From a virus (taxonomy: Duplodnaviria > Caudoviricetes): 41,611 nucleotides of DNA. The DNA is taken from IMG/VR virus record IMGVR_UViG_3300042972_000017, positions 1 to 41,611 of that record, one strand, 5' to 3'. This document shows positions 28,389 to 37,383 of the stretch, piece by piece (positions within the stretch are counted from its first letter, which is position 1; each line of letters opens with the position of its first letter). The position numbers and the translations under genes were made by a program. Under the pieces are notes generated by a model. It was not told the DNA's origin and searched no databases. It was given only the letters and a program-made list of their open reading frames with translations.

Positions 28389-28462
28389 TAAGAATCTACC
28401 TTACAAAGGTACTAAAATTATCACTATCACATATCACAAGTTCCGAATATTTAAAAAAATAT

Positions 28463-29526
28463 TATGATTATCCTCAACTGAGTGATTTACTTCAATCATA
28501 GGTTCTGTGCTGAAACATCGGTCTATAGGACACAACTGCAACAACTAGCCTGTCAAAAAGTCTGTCACCAAATGATCTGCGGTTGAATTTCCAGCAGAAT
28601 TCATCCAGATAACTCTGAAGGAACTCGTCTTTGATGCCATGGTACATATCAAGCAAAAGTGACTTTGCGTTCGATATGGCAGTGTGAACCCATGGCAGCA
28701 TTTTCGATGCTTGCTCAGGAAGAGCCTTTATGGGATATACCTCTTTAAAACACCCTTTGAGTCTCGTATGAGATTTGGAGTCATCCGTGATTATTCTGGA
28801 ATCCGCTGCAACTGCGACTTTTGAGACTTCGGTAATGGTAGAGGCTTTCACATCAGGAACGACCTTCATTTTTATATGACCTGACTTGCGATCTTTCTTT
28901 CCTTTCTTCTGTTTATTCTCAGGAACTGCTTTGCTTTCTATCATTACCAGAACTTTTGACTTACGCTGACTTCCTGCACCTGCCTTCCGCTTTTCCTGTT
29001 TCTTTGCCTCATCTGAATTCTCCGTGGAAAAGAAGGCTTCGTCAAGCTCGATGCTCTCGGACAGTTGATATGCGGTATCGCGCTGCCCCATTACCGACCG
29101 TAGTTTATGCATCATCTCCCAAATTGGCTGATAACGCTTATGACCCAGCTGGCGCTGCATTTCAAGAGCAGAGAACGTTTTCCGTGTAGATGTCAGCAGG
29201 TGTATGGCAGTGAACCAATACATTAATGGTAATTTGCTGTTATGCATTACGGTATCAGCCTTTAACGTCGTCTTGTGACCGCACTTCTTGCAAATCCAGC
29301 ATTTATTATACTTATCCCAGATCTGTTGATGACCGCCGCAATGCTTACAGACAACACCAACTTTTTCCCGATAATTCTTGAGATACTCTTCGCAAGAAGC
29401 TTCATCGGGGAAGCGTTTTGAAAATTCTATCAGTTTCATCTTGAAGAGGTTTTGATAATTGATGCAAAGGTAATGAATATCGGGGAATACTCAAAATTAT
29501 TAATCACACAATTGAGGATAATCATA
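28463..29526 (-). mobile_element. IS1595-family insertion sequence, intact
   Basis: 25-bp TIRs TATGATTATCCTCAA(C/T)TG(A/T)GTGATT with 2 mismatches; 8-bp target duplication AAAAATAT at 28455-28462 and 29527-29534. Confidence 0.92.
28492..29439 (-). CDS. IS1595 (ISXO2-like) DDE transposase
   Basis: Zn ribbon CKHC...CKKC, IELDEAFF, IITDD and YLDEFCWKFNRR motifs; promoter TTTG-N19-TACCTTTG at 29465-29495. Confidence 0.95.
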   Translation of the reverse strand: MKLIEFSKRFPDEASCEEYLKNYREKVGVVCKHCGGHQQIWDKYNKCWICKKCGHKTTLKADTVMHNSKLPLMYWFTAIHLLTSTRKTFSALEMQRQLGHKRYQPIWEMMHKLRSVMGQRDTAYQLSESIELDEAFFSTENSDEAKKQEKRKAGAGSQRKSKVLVMIESKAVPENKQKKGKKDRKSGHIKMKVVPDVKASTITEVSKVAVAADSRIITDDSKSHTRLKGCFKEVYPIKALPEQASKMLPWVHTAISNAKSLLLDMYHGIKDEFLQSYLDEFCWKFNRRSFGDRLFDRLVVAVVSYRPMFQHRTYD

Positions 29527-29649
29527 AAAAATATTCATTACTCTTTGAACTAAAGAACTTTTAGAAAACCATTCATACCAATATGCAGACTAAATACACC
29601 AATATTGGAAGAAAATCCTGTAAAAAAGGGCTATTTTGCGCTTTGAACG

Positions 29650-30047
29650 GCCAAAACAAACTGTTTTGGCAGTCATAAACCACGTTTTTAGACTGTTTTT
29701 GCACGCCTATAAATTTTCAACTGCCTGAGATACAAGGCGATAGGCAGTTGAAAATCGAAAAGATGTCCCGACGCTTTAAGCGTACCCCCCACTGCCCTCT
29801 AGAACAATGGCAATTGCCTTTCAAAGAACCAGCGGAATATGTAAAGAGTTTTCGCAATTATCAGGATAGCTATTACAATGGCAATTGCCAAAGCATTTGC
29901 GGTAATGCAACTCTACACAAATGTCAAGCTTGTCGGCATCCGTGTTGTGTTGCTCATAACAAACATCAACCTATTTCGCCCGGAGAAAGGTATATGATAC
30001 TGTTCTCCGGACGGTTTAGAAATATAAAAATCAGATAGCAATTGCTA
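29650..30047. repeat. Non-coding cluster of inverted and direct repeats downstream of terL (candidate packaging site)
   Basis: 14-bp IR at 29713-29726/29742-29755; ACAATGGCAATTGCC at 29804 and 29875; TAGCAATTGCTA at 30036. Confidence 0.5.
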
Positions 30048-30058
30048 CCTGAGAACTG

Positions 30059-31705
30059 TCAATGCCCACCAAAGGAACTAGTCACTGCACCTGACATTCG
30101 CATCTGAAGTTTCGGGAATTTCTCAACGCCGATACAAAGTGTATCGAATGCATCACTACCATCAGTCCGGTTCTCTAACCGGTCTTCTTCAGTCTCTATT
30201 AATTTCTCGCCCCTCTTATCCTTCTTCCCCATATAGACACCTGCAGTCTCTATGGAGATAAGAAGATCACGATTGTTATCACGGTTAATCAGTATCTGGT
30301 GATTAGCCCTGCCCATGAACATACGGTTGATCAATGCCTGCTTCTCAATATGGTTCATCTGCTTGCCAACACATACATCATTCACATACCAGCCATTCTT
30401 CTTCAAGGCTTTCACGATCGTGGCATGGAAGTCATCATTATGCAATGCATAATTGTTGGCAATGAACGTCGTGTCATAGTAGAAGATCACTTGCTTGAAT
30501 GTATAGTAGTGATAGTACTTACAGAAATCATCCATCAGCTCCGGTATCTTTCGTTCATACTTCACATAGAACGACTTGATGACCCTCAGCCTATCATCAT
30601 CACCTACCTGGCCGACCACACACCAGTTAATGTTGGCATTGGCATCAAATGCAATAATTAGCGGACGCGAATTATCCACATCAGAATCCATCCTACAATC
30701 TTCTTCCTGGAGTTTGCCGAAATCATATTGCAAAGAATCCAGATGGGACAAATTAGGAGCAGTATACAAATTGACAGGACGTAATCCTGAATAGAATCCA
30801 TCCATTGAGATTGCCAGCCTTAAGCCCAAAATAGAAGTAGCAAATGTAAGTGCAGGGAGTTTTCTCTTCATATCATAGAAATACCGTTCACCGAGAATGG
30901 CAAGATTTTCAAATGATGAATACTCTTTATACAAGCACAAGTGGCTACGGCATTGATCTGCCAATGTCCTCAACTTATTTATCCTAGACTGGTAATATTC
31001 CTTTCTATCCGGATGCTCAGCCTGTTTCTTCTTCAACTTCCAGACATCATAGACAAGTCCCTGGACGATATCCAGCAAGTCCTTGTCCATAAGTTTTTCA
31101 TATTTCAGAGGCCATGATCCTGTCTTTGTGACTGGCATATCAGTAGTAATGGTCATTCCATGATGCAAATAGCATTTGCCGAAATACATTTCATTGCCAC
31201 GGTTAGCCTGGAAAGTCTCATCCTTCAAACGTTCGAAATTAATGAATTTTGCTTCATCTATCAACAAACCGTCGAGAGACATAGAGTTGGAAGTACCAGC
31301 CCGGTCTTGTGATATCAAGGATATGCAGGAACCGTTGTAAAAAGAAATGACGTTCTCATAATTTTCAGGAACCCAAATAGGCTCTTTCCAATGCAACGCT
31401 CTTGCAGGCCTATGCCCAATACAGTAATGGATATCCCTCTTATACCCCCAACTGTTGATGTTCTGAAAGATGGACGGTAAAATATTCGTCAATCCACGTT
31501 TGACTGACGGTACAACGAAGCCAAGCATGCACCTCGGCATAGCCTGGACAAACTGAAGCATGCGACTCGCCTGAATAACACCCTTTCCGATACCGCGTCC
31601 ACAGACAGCCACCAAATCACGTGGTGAAATGGAAAGCATGTAGTATTGGGCGTCATTCAGGTATATCTTTTGTATTTTCTGTTGGTTTTGAATCTTCTGT
31701 TCCAT
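30059..31705 (-). CDS. terL: Terminase large subunit
   Basis: Walker A GRGIGKG, Walker B LLIDEAK, RNase H-like IAFDAN...DGSDAFD. Confidence 0.88.
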   Translation of the reverse strand: MEQKIQNQQKIQKIYLNDAQYYMLSISPRDLVAVCGRGIGKGVIQASRMLQFVQAMPRCMLGFVVPSVKRGLTNILPSIFQNINSWGYKRDIHYCIGHRPARALHWKEPIWVPENYENVISFYNGSCISLISQDRAGTSNSMSLDGLLIDEAKFINFERLKDETFQANRGNEMYFGKCYLHHGMTITTDMPVTKTGSWPLKYEKLMDKDLLDIVQGLVYDVWKLKKKQAEHPDRKEYYQSRINKLRTLADQCRSHLCLYKEYSSFENLAILGERYFYDMKRKLPALTFATSILGLRLAISMDGFYSGLRPVNLYTAPNLSHLDSLQYDFGKLQEEDCRMDSDVDNSRPLIIAFDANANINWCVVGQVGDDDRLRVIKSFYVKYERKIPELMDDFCKYYHYYTFKQVIFYYDTTFIANNYALHNDDFHATIVKALKKNGWYVNDVCVGKQMNHIEKQALINRMFMGRANHQILINRDNNRDLLISIETAGVYMGKKDKRGEKLIETEEDRLENRTDGSDAFDTLCIGVEKFPKLQMRMSGAVTSSFGGH

Positions 31706-32276
31706 CGTCCTTTATCTCCACAAAATCGGCATCCTCAATATCAGCTCCGAATTTCTTCTTGAATTTCCGGATTTTACTGCGCAAATCTTTCTGTGGCTTA
31801 ATTCCCAACACTGTAGGATCATCAGTTGGTTCTATGATATGCGGTACGATCTCACTGTAATCTATAGGTTGCTCATCAATCTGATCAAGACGGTTATATT
31901 TGGCATAATCAGCATTGGCTTTCTCCGCTGTCCGATAATCCTTTGATCTCATTGCACTCTTATAGACCTCTTCCGTTCTCTGGATAAAGACATGGCGCCT
32001 CCAGTCTTTGGATTCTTTTGTCAGATTTCCGATGAGGATCTTCACAAGTTTGACATCATCATAAGCCTGCCTATCCTTGATACCCTGATTGCCTGCCTTA
32101 TCATACTGAACCAGTTCTCTCGTTGTCCTTTGCGGAAAATTAAGCCAATAAGTATATAAACCACGAATTCTGAGAAGACGGCGGACCATCTCCTCAGGCA
32201 GATGTCTCTTCTGCATCTCATCGGAAGATGAGAAGAGATTTTTCTGATAATCATCTATATTAGCCGGTACGCTCAT
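31653..32276 (-). CDS. Putative terminase small subunit
   Basis: 207 aa, helical, immediately upstream of terL. Confidence 0.5.
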   Translation of the reverse strand: MSVPANIDDYQKNLFSSSDEMQKRHLPEEMVRRLLRIRGLYTYWLNFPQRTTRELVQYDKAGNQGIKDRQAYDDVKLVKILIGNLTKESKDWRRHVFIQRTEEVYKSAMRSKDYRTAEKANADYAKYNRLDQIDEQPIDYSEIVPHIIEPTDDPTVLGIKPQKDLRSKIRKFKKKFGADIEDADFVEIKDDGTEDSKPTENTKDIPE

Positions 32277-32548
32277 AGGCTTATCATCATTTCCTGAAGA
32301 TCCTTAAAACATTGCTCCATGGCTGTAGGAGCACATGCCCTGGCTAACTGCAGGTTTTTCTCCCGCAATTCCCTGGCTGTAGATGCCATCCCCCGCAAGT
32401 AAGCCTTTCTCGCAGGATGATTATGCATGCCAATATCCAGAAGAAACTCGTCTTCATTAATATCCAAATGGACGGATATCTCCGATGGAGGAGTTAGTTC
32501 CGCTGCCAGTTTCTCTATCTCTTTCAGTTGTTTCTCCGAATAATCCAT
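32273..32548 (-). CDS. Small HTH-like packaging-region protein
   Basis: IEKLAAELTPPSEISVHLDI HTH-like pattern resembling TerS N-termini. Confidence 0.5.
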   Translation of the reverse strand: MDYSEKQLKEIEKLAAELTPPSEISVHLDINEDEFLLDIGMHNHPARKAYLRGMASTARELREKNLQLARACAPTAMEQCFKDLQEMMISL

Positions 32549-33017
32549 TTAGCGACACACTATTTTTAATTATTTCTTTCAATTCTATATGCAGATCATG
32601 AAAGACGTCCTGGTCTGTTGTCACCATAGAACCTTCATTTCGGCCACCATACGTATTGTTTTGACTGGTAATGACACTCACGACCTTGCCGGATTCGGTT
32701 TTTACCAATAAGATTTTAGAATGGTTCAATCCCAGATAGACATGATCAAAACAATATGCCATCAGATGATTGAGTTTCACCGTTTTCTTACTCGCCTTCA
32801 AATCTGCCAGTAACATGGAATGATTAATCAGTCCTTTATTTTTCAGATGAAGAAAACCTGCAAGGAATTCTTCCGAAGTGGAAAAAGTAGTGACATAGAC
32901 GTCAGCACGCCCGACCTGCTTGAGAATCCATCCCAATAAGCCGAGCGTATGGATGCCTGTCCCCAAATACACTTGCAAAGGTGTACTAACGAGAGGTTTC
33001 AGTTGACTTATCTTCAT
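32457..33017 (-). CDS. Phospholipase D-family nuclease-like protein
   Basis: NHSKILLV...VITSQNNT.GGRNE matches the HxK...SxNxT...NxE pattern. Confidence 0.65.
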   Translation of the reverse strand: MKISQLKPLVSTPLQVYLGTGIHTLGLLGWILKQVGRADVYVTTFSTSEEFLAGFLHLKNKGLINHSMLLADLKASKKTVKLNHLMAYCFDHVYLGLNHSKILLVKTESGKVVSVITSQNNTYGGRNEGSMVTTDQDVFHDLHIELKEIIKNSVSLNGLFGETTERDRETGSGTNSSIGDIRPFGY

Positions 33018-33936
33018 CCATATTAAATTTAAGTCCTAAAGCAGAAAGAGCACCTTTCAGTTCATCAGTAAAAGGCGCATTGGCTTTGAGGATGATATCA
33101 ACACGTTGCTGCATCTTCCCCAACATATCCTGATAGGCATTTCGGTCATCTACCGTTGCACCTTCTTTTTGTGATGCTGCCTGAAGATCCTTCAATTTCT
33201 GACGGTTGCTTTCCTTGCTCAGATAACTTCTTGCATTTACGACCAACTTTGTGACATCCTGCGTATCCTCAGAGACTTCTTCAGATGATTCCTGATCTTC
33301 CTCGCCGATAACATAACCATCATAGGCTTTCATCTGATCAAAATATTTTTTATCCATCGAGGATAAGAGCTGCAACTTATCATAACGGTCACAACTTGGC
33401 AGATTTTCCATTGACTTCAATTCCTCATAAGTGGATTTGATTTCCTTATACAGTTCACCATTATCATCCCATAGCTTTTTAATTCTTTCCGGTAATTGGT
33501 CATGATCGGTGCGACGACCTTTCTGGGGGACAATACCAGATTCTTTTCCATCTTCATCCGGATTCAGGATGACAGAAATCGGAACATGAGTTTTACCATC
33601 TTCATCTTTCAGAAGCGTATCACCATCTTGTTCTGGTTTACCTTCAGAAATCAATTTATTTGTCTTCGGCACAATTTCCCTATCCCAACGATGGACTTGC
33701 TCCCTTGTCATACCGTCCAGGCGGTATTTCAGGTGTTTTTTCAATTCTGCCTCTATGTGGCTGATGATGTATCTAGGACGTACGCCTGCCAAGCTAATCC
33801 ATCTGCGGTACATTGCATTCGACGGGTTAATCTGCTGAAGAAGCAAAGCACCTTGCAATGCCATATTATCTTCTTTTGGTTCAGTATTCAACCAAGTCTG
33901 TATTTTCTTAGTAAAATTCGGATCTGCTTTTTTCAT
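32986..33936 (-). CDS. Hypothetical phage protein
   Basis: 316-aa helical ORF in the head/packaging operon. Confidence 0.7.
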   Translation of the reverse strand: MKKADPNFTKKIQTWLNTEPKEDNMALQGALLLQQINPSNAMYRRWISLAGVRPRYIISHIEAELKKHLKYRLDGMTREQVHRWDREIVPKTNKLISEGKPEQDGDTLLKDEDGKTHVPISVILNPDEDGKESGIVPQKGRRTDHDQLPERIKKLWDDNGELYKEIKSTYEELKSMENLPSCDRYDKLQLLSSMDKKYFDQMKAYDGYVIGEEDQESSEEVSEDTQDVTKLVVNARSYLSKESNRQKLKDLQAASQKEGATVDDRNAYQDMLGKMQQRVDIILKANAPFTDELKGALSALGLKFNMDEDKSTETSR

Positions 33937-33957
33937 TGCTCTTAATTGTGATTAAAT

Positions 33958-34006
33958 GAAAACGGGAACGGCAACAATCTTTTAACCCTTTGTTGACCGT
34001 CCCCGT
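33958..34006 (-). terminator. Stem-loop after the capsid and tail tube genes
   Basis: ACGGGGACGGTCAACA...TGTTGCCGTTCCCGT followed by TTT on the minus strand. Confidence 0.55.
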
Positions 34007-34027
34007 ATTGAAGATTATAATTCCAAG

Positions 34028-34651
34028 TTAGGTTCCCTGACCATTTGCAGGAGGAGAAGCTACAATAAGCTCATCCGTCTCACCAGAGACATCACCATCG
34101 GCAGTATGGATTTTCCCATTATAAAATGGTGTTGCTGACTTATCCTCTATAGTAACGCTTATTGTAGTGTTACTGCTATCGGAAGAGCCTTTGCCCCATG
34201 CCTGAGAAGGCTTAATCGTTGTCTGGAAGTCCTGATTTCCAAAGACTCTCACATGCCCGTCACGTTGCGGAACAAGAATGACCACATCATCATTATTCAA
34301 TTCATTGATAAGACCTGTCACCTTCGGTCCTGTTCCAGGAAGAACCAAAGTAATCTGGTTACTGAAATGGAGCGATCCATATACGCCTGCCTGCTCGGAT
34401 TTCGGTTCTGACTCATTCGGGATCAAGTCAGCCCTATGCCATACAGAATCGGCAGCCAAGACAAAATCATCTTTATAAACAGGATTTTCTTCCAGCGTTT
34501 CGGCACCATTCATGGGCAATACAGGCCATTTGATTATTTCAGACCTGCGCAACCAATAGAAATGTTCACGCACACCAGGCAGAGAAATCTGTCCGGGGCA
34601 ATGCGGAACATCATCATACAAATTATTAATTTCAGTACATTGTTTAGTCAT
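34028..34651 (-). CDS. Probable major tail tube protein
   Basis: 207 aa, C..NLY..CPG..LPGV start, beta-rich, follows the capsid gene. Confidence 0.55.
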   Translation of the reverse strand: MTKQCTEINNLYDDVPHCPGQISLPGVREHFYWLRRSEIIKWPVLPMNGAETLEENPVYKDDFVLAADSVWHRADLIPNESEPKSEQAGVYGSLHFSNQITLVLPGTGPKVTGLINELNNDDVVILVPQRDGHVRVFGNQDFQTTIKPSQAWGKGSSDSSNTTISVTIEDKSATPFYNGKIHTADGDVSGETDELIVASPPANGQGT

Positions 34652-34665
34652 AGCTCTTTATTTTT

Positions 34666-35679
34666 TTATTTTCCATCATCTGGAGCAGCAGGTGCATCAC
34701 CATTATCAGGAGAGGCAGGAGCCTTACCTGCGACCATCATATATTCCTTGGATATTGTATTAAACTGTACACCGAAGAAAGAAGTCATCACGAACGTGAG
34801 TTTGAATGGACTGTATTTCTCAACAGAAACCTGTTCCTCTTCACCTTCGCCGTTTACACCTACAAGCATATTTTGCTTGACCGTAAGATGCATATATGAA
34901 GAGTTAGCCTTATTTGACAAAGGAACAATCTGACATTTATCTTCACTACCCTCCACGAAAGTCTGATTAAATTCCCTGTTATAAGCGATATTACCTGTCA
35001 CAGCCTTGTAGTCATCACAATAAGCATTGAAGATACTCGGAGCAACGAACAAGATACATTTCTGATCCTGCAGCATTTCATCGGCTGATCTCCAGAAACT
35101 CTTAAGAATGTCTACTGCATTCGTTGCATTGATCGTAGATAGGTCAAGATCCATAAAATTGCCGTTTTCAACTGAGATATTTCCTGTCTGAATCTCCTTC
35201 GTTGTTATTGTATCATAACCATCAAAGAGATCAACAGTGCGTTTACCCTTATCATTTCTAACGGCTTTCCAAAGACTTTTGTACAAGGAATTACCGACCT
35301 TAGCAGCCATAAAGGCTACCATAGCCTTTGACATTTCCGTGTTTTTCAGTCCTTCACCTTTAGTTACGGCATCACCATGAATTGTTGAATACAAAGAATT
35401 CGGAGAAAATCTTTTTACGACATCTCCAAAGTACGTATAAAGGGTACGGGCCTCCATCTTAACATCTTCGTCATCAATGCGGTCTTCATCGTATGGTCCC
35501 AATTCGACATCACCTTTCAATTCAGCATCCTGCACTTCCGCATAGCGGATTCCAGTCCGGAGAGTTGCATAATTCAGGAACTTATCTTTCAGCACCCTGA
35601 CAGGTATTTGGATAAGTTCTTTTCTATACCGGAGCGCGCTCTTTTGGAGCGATTCCGTAGTTACGTTAATTACTGCCAT
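34666..35679 (-). CDS. Major capsid protein
   Basis: 337 aa directly after the Clp protease; DLFDGYDTI motif and FGVQF C-terminal strand. Confidence 0.75.
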   Translation of the reverse strand: MAVINVTTESLQKSALRYRKELIQIPVRVLKDKFLNYATLRTGIRYAEVQDAELKGDVELGPYDEDRIDDEDVKMEARTLYTYFGDVVKRFSPNSLYSTIHGDAVTKGEGLKNTEMSKAMVAFMAAKVGNSLYKSLWKAVRNDKGKRTVDLFDGYDTITTKEIQTGNISVENGNFMDLDLSTINATNAVDILKSFWRSADEMLQDQKCILFVAPSIFNAYCDDYKAVTGNIAYNREFNQTFVEGSEDKCQIVPLSNKANSSYMHLTVKQNMLVGVNGEGEEEQVSVEKYSPFKLTFVMTSFFGVQFNTISKEYMMVAGKAPASPDNGDAPAAPDDGK

Positions 35680-35681
35680 TT

Positions 35682-36776
35682 TTATAAATCTTTAACTTGG
35701 TTGTACATTTTCTCGGATTCGGCAATAACCTTGACTTCATCATCCTCACTGGTATTCGTATCTGCAGGATGATCAACATTTTCAGTTGCCGGAGCCTTCT
35801 TCAAATTGTCTACGACCCCATTGGCGGTTTTGAGATCGTCCTGTGCTTTCTTCAACTCTGCCTTGAGATCTTTAAGCTCGGAAAGCGCCTTATCCTTTGC
35901 ATCGGAAGCATCTTTCACCTGTTTTTTAAGATCACCTAAATCGTCATCAATTTTCTTCATTTGATCTTGAGTCAATGATACCGCATCATCCTTTAACTCA
36001 AAACCATCCTTGACAGACAGTAAGTCCATCACATTCGTAAAAATTTTGATCATATTCTGTTTGTTTTCTGCGGATTTGTTTTTGAAAATGGACTTAACGA
36101 CATCCACCGACTTCTGGACAATCGATTTAGTTGGCTCTCCTTTCTGCTGAGGGAAAGGAGGAAGTCCAAACTCTTTAAATATATTATTACTGTAATTATG
36201 GCTCAGGTTTTCAGCTTTCTTCTTCATTTCTTCATCCTGTCGAATAGAGTCTATGAGACCAAAATCGAGGGCATCCTGAGGAGAAAGCCAAGAAGCTTCG
36301 GACATTTTATCCATACATTTCTGGAGGGATTTACCGGATTTCTTAGCATAAAGAGATGCAATAACTTTATCTATCGTATTCAAGTCATTTCGCATCTTCT
36401 GGAATTTTGCGATAATCTCATCCAACTGCTCTTTATTGACAGAGGTAAGTTCAAAGATATCGTTACTTGCATTATGAATCAGCATCAGAGACCCATCTAC
36501 CATGTCTATTGATGCTGCGCCCATAGTCAGAAAAGTTGCAGCACTTGCTGTCATACCTATAACATGCATGTGCACACGGCCGTGTTCCTTTATGAGATCA
36601 TATATTTCAAGTCCTGCACCAACATAACCACCGAGTGATGATACCGCTATATCCACATCTTCATCCTTATGCTGACTGAGAAAAGTCTTGACATCATCTA
36701 CCGTTGTCCCTTTTGTCCCTGTCCACCAGTCAAAAGCAACGCCAATCTCTCCACTTATAATGTATTGATAATCCAT
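35682..36776 (-). CDS. ClpP-type prohead protease with C-terminal scaffold coiled coil
   Basis: SSLGGYV, GMTASAAT, LMLIHNAS and SWLSPQDALDFGLID motifs. Confidence 0.9.
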   Translation of the reverse strand: MDYQYIISGEIGVAFDWWTGTKGTTVDDVKTFLSQHKDEDVDIAVSSLGGYVGAGLEIYDLIKEHGRVHMHVIGMTASAATFLTMGAASIDMVDGSLMLIHNASNDIFELTSVNKEQLDEIIAKFQKMRNDLNTIDKVIASLYAKKSGKSLQKCMDKMSEASWLSPQDALDFGLIDSIRQDEEMKKKAENLSHNYSNNIFKEFGLPPFPQQKGEPTKSIVQKSVDVVKSIFKNKSAENKQNMIKIFTNVMDLLSVKDGFELKDDAVSLTQDQMKKIDDDLGDLKKQVKDASDAKDKALSELKDLKAELKKAQDDLKTANGVVDNLKKAPATENVDHPADTNTSEDDEVKVIAESEKMYNQVKDL

Positions 36777-36792
36777 ATTACTTACTTTTCAG

Positions 36793-36827
36793 CAAAGATA
36801 ATGACTGGCAACTGCCTTAAAAAATAC
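36793..36827 (-). promoter_or_regulatory. Promoter GTATTTTT-N19-TATCTTTG for the head/packaging operon
   Basis: -7 box at 36793-36800; upstream box at 36820-36827. Confidence 0.65.
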
Positions 36828-36831
36828 CCTG

Positions 36832-37236
36832 TTAAATGATTTTCGGTGTCATAAACCAATTGTTCCACTCTACAACGACCTCCGAGAGCTGGTTATCCGT
36901 ACCCTTATCTGGATGTACCTGCTGCTGTGTAATGACAGGATAAGGACGCTGACCGGTTCCTATAAGGTACTTGTCTCCTTCTACCGTCAGACAGAGGAAC
37001 GACAGACGACTAGCTCCTTTCATCCAATCGTCCCAGATATAGAAAGTAAGTTTGGTGTTGAAAGTTCTGGTTCCATTGTCCAACTTATCACTTATAGTCA
37101 TGGAAGCTGGCCTTTTAATACCCTCAATTTCTTTCCATGGAATATTTTCAGGCAATCTACCTTCTACTTCAGATGCCCTTATAAAACCTACTATTTTTGA
37201 ACAGGGTACCACATATATCTTATTAATGATATTCAT
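36832..37236 (-). CDS. Hypothetical phage protein
   Basis: 134-aa ORF, YLIGT..RPYP motif. Confidence 0.7.
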   Translation of the reverse strand: MNIINKIYVVPCSKIVGFIRASEVEGRLPENIPWKEIEGIKRPASMTISDKLDNGTRTFNTKLTFYIWDDWMKGASRLSFLCLTVEGDKYLIGTGQRPYPVITQQQVHPDKGTDNQLSEVVVEWNNWFMTPKII

Positions 37237-37260
37237 AAGTTCTAAAACTAAATTAGACAG

Positions 37261-37330
37261 AATCGTTTCGCATTTGTTCGGATTTGTTCGGCATTGTACT
37301 TGAATGTTCGGTTTTGTTCACAGTTGTTTG
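37261..37330. repeat. 10-bp-period TGTTCG array
   Basis: Seven consecutive decamers ending in GTTTCG, TGTTCG, TGTTCG, TGTACT, TGTTCG, TGTTCA, TGTTTG. Confidence 0.75.
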
Positions 37331-37383
37331 CGTCCGAATTTTTCAGGGGGTCTTATCATAGTATTTTTCAGTTTTATTAACTT

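Noticed and set aside
29748-30038. 96-aa plus-strand ORF
   Set aside because: TTG start, against the operon direction, and lies over the repeat cluster; probably non-coding
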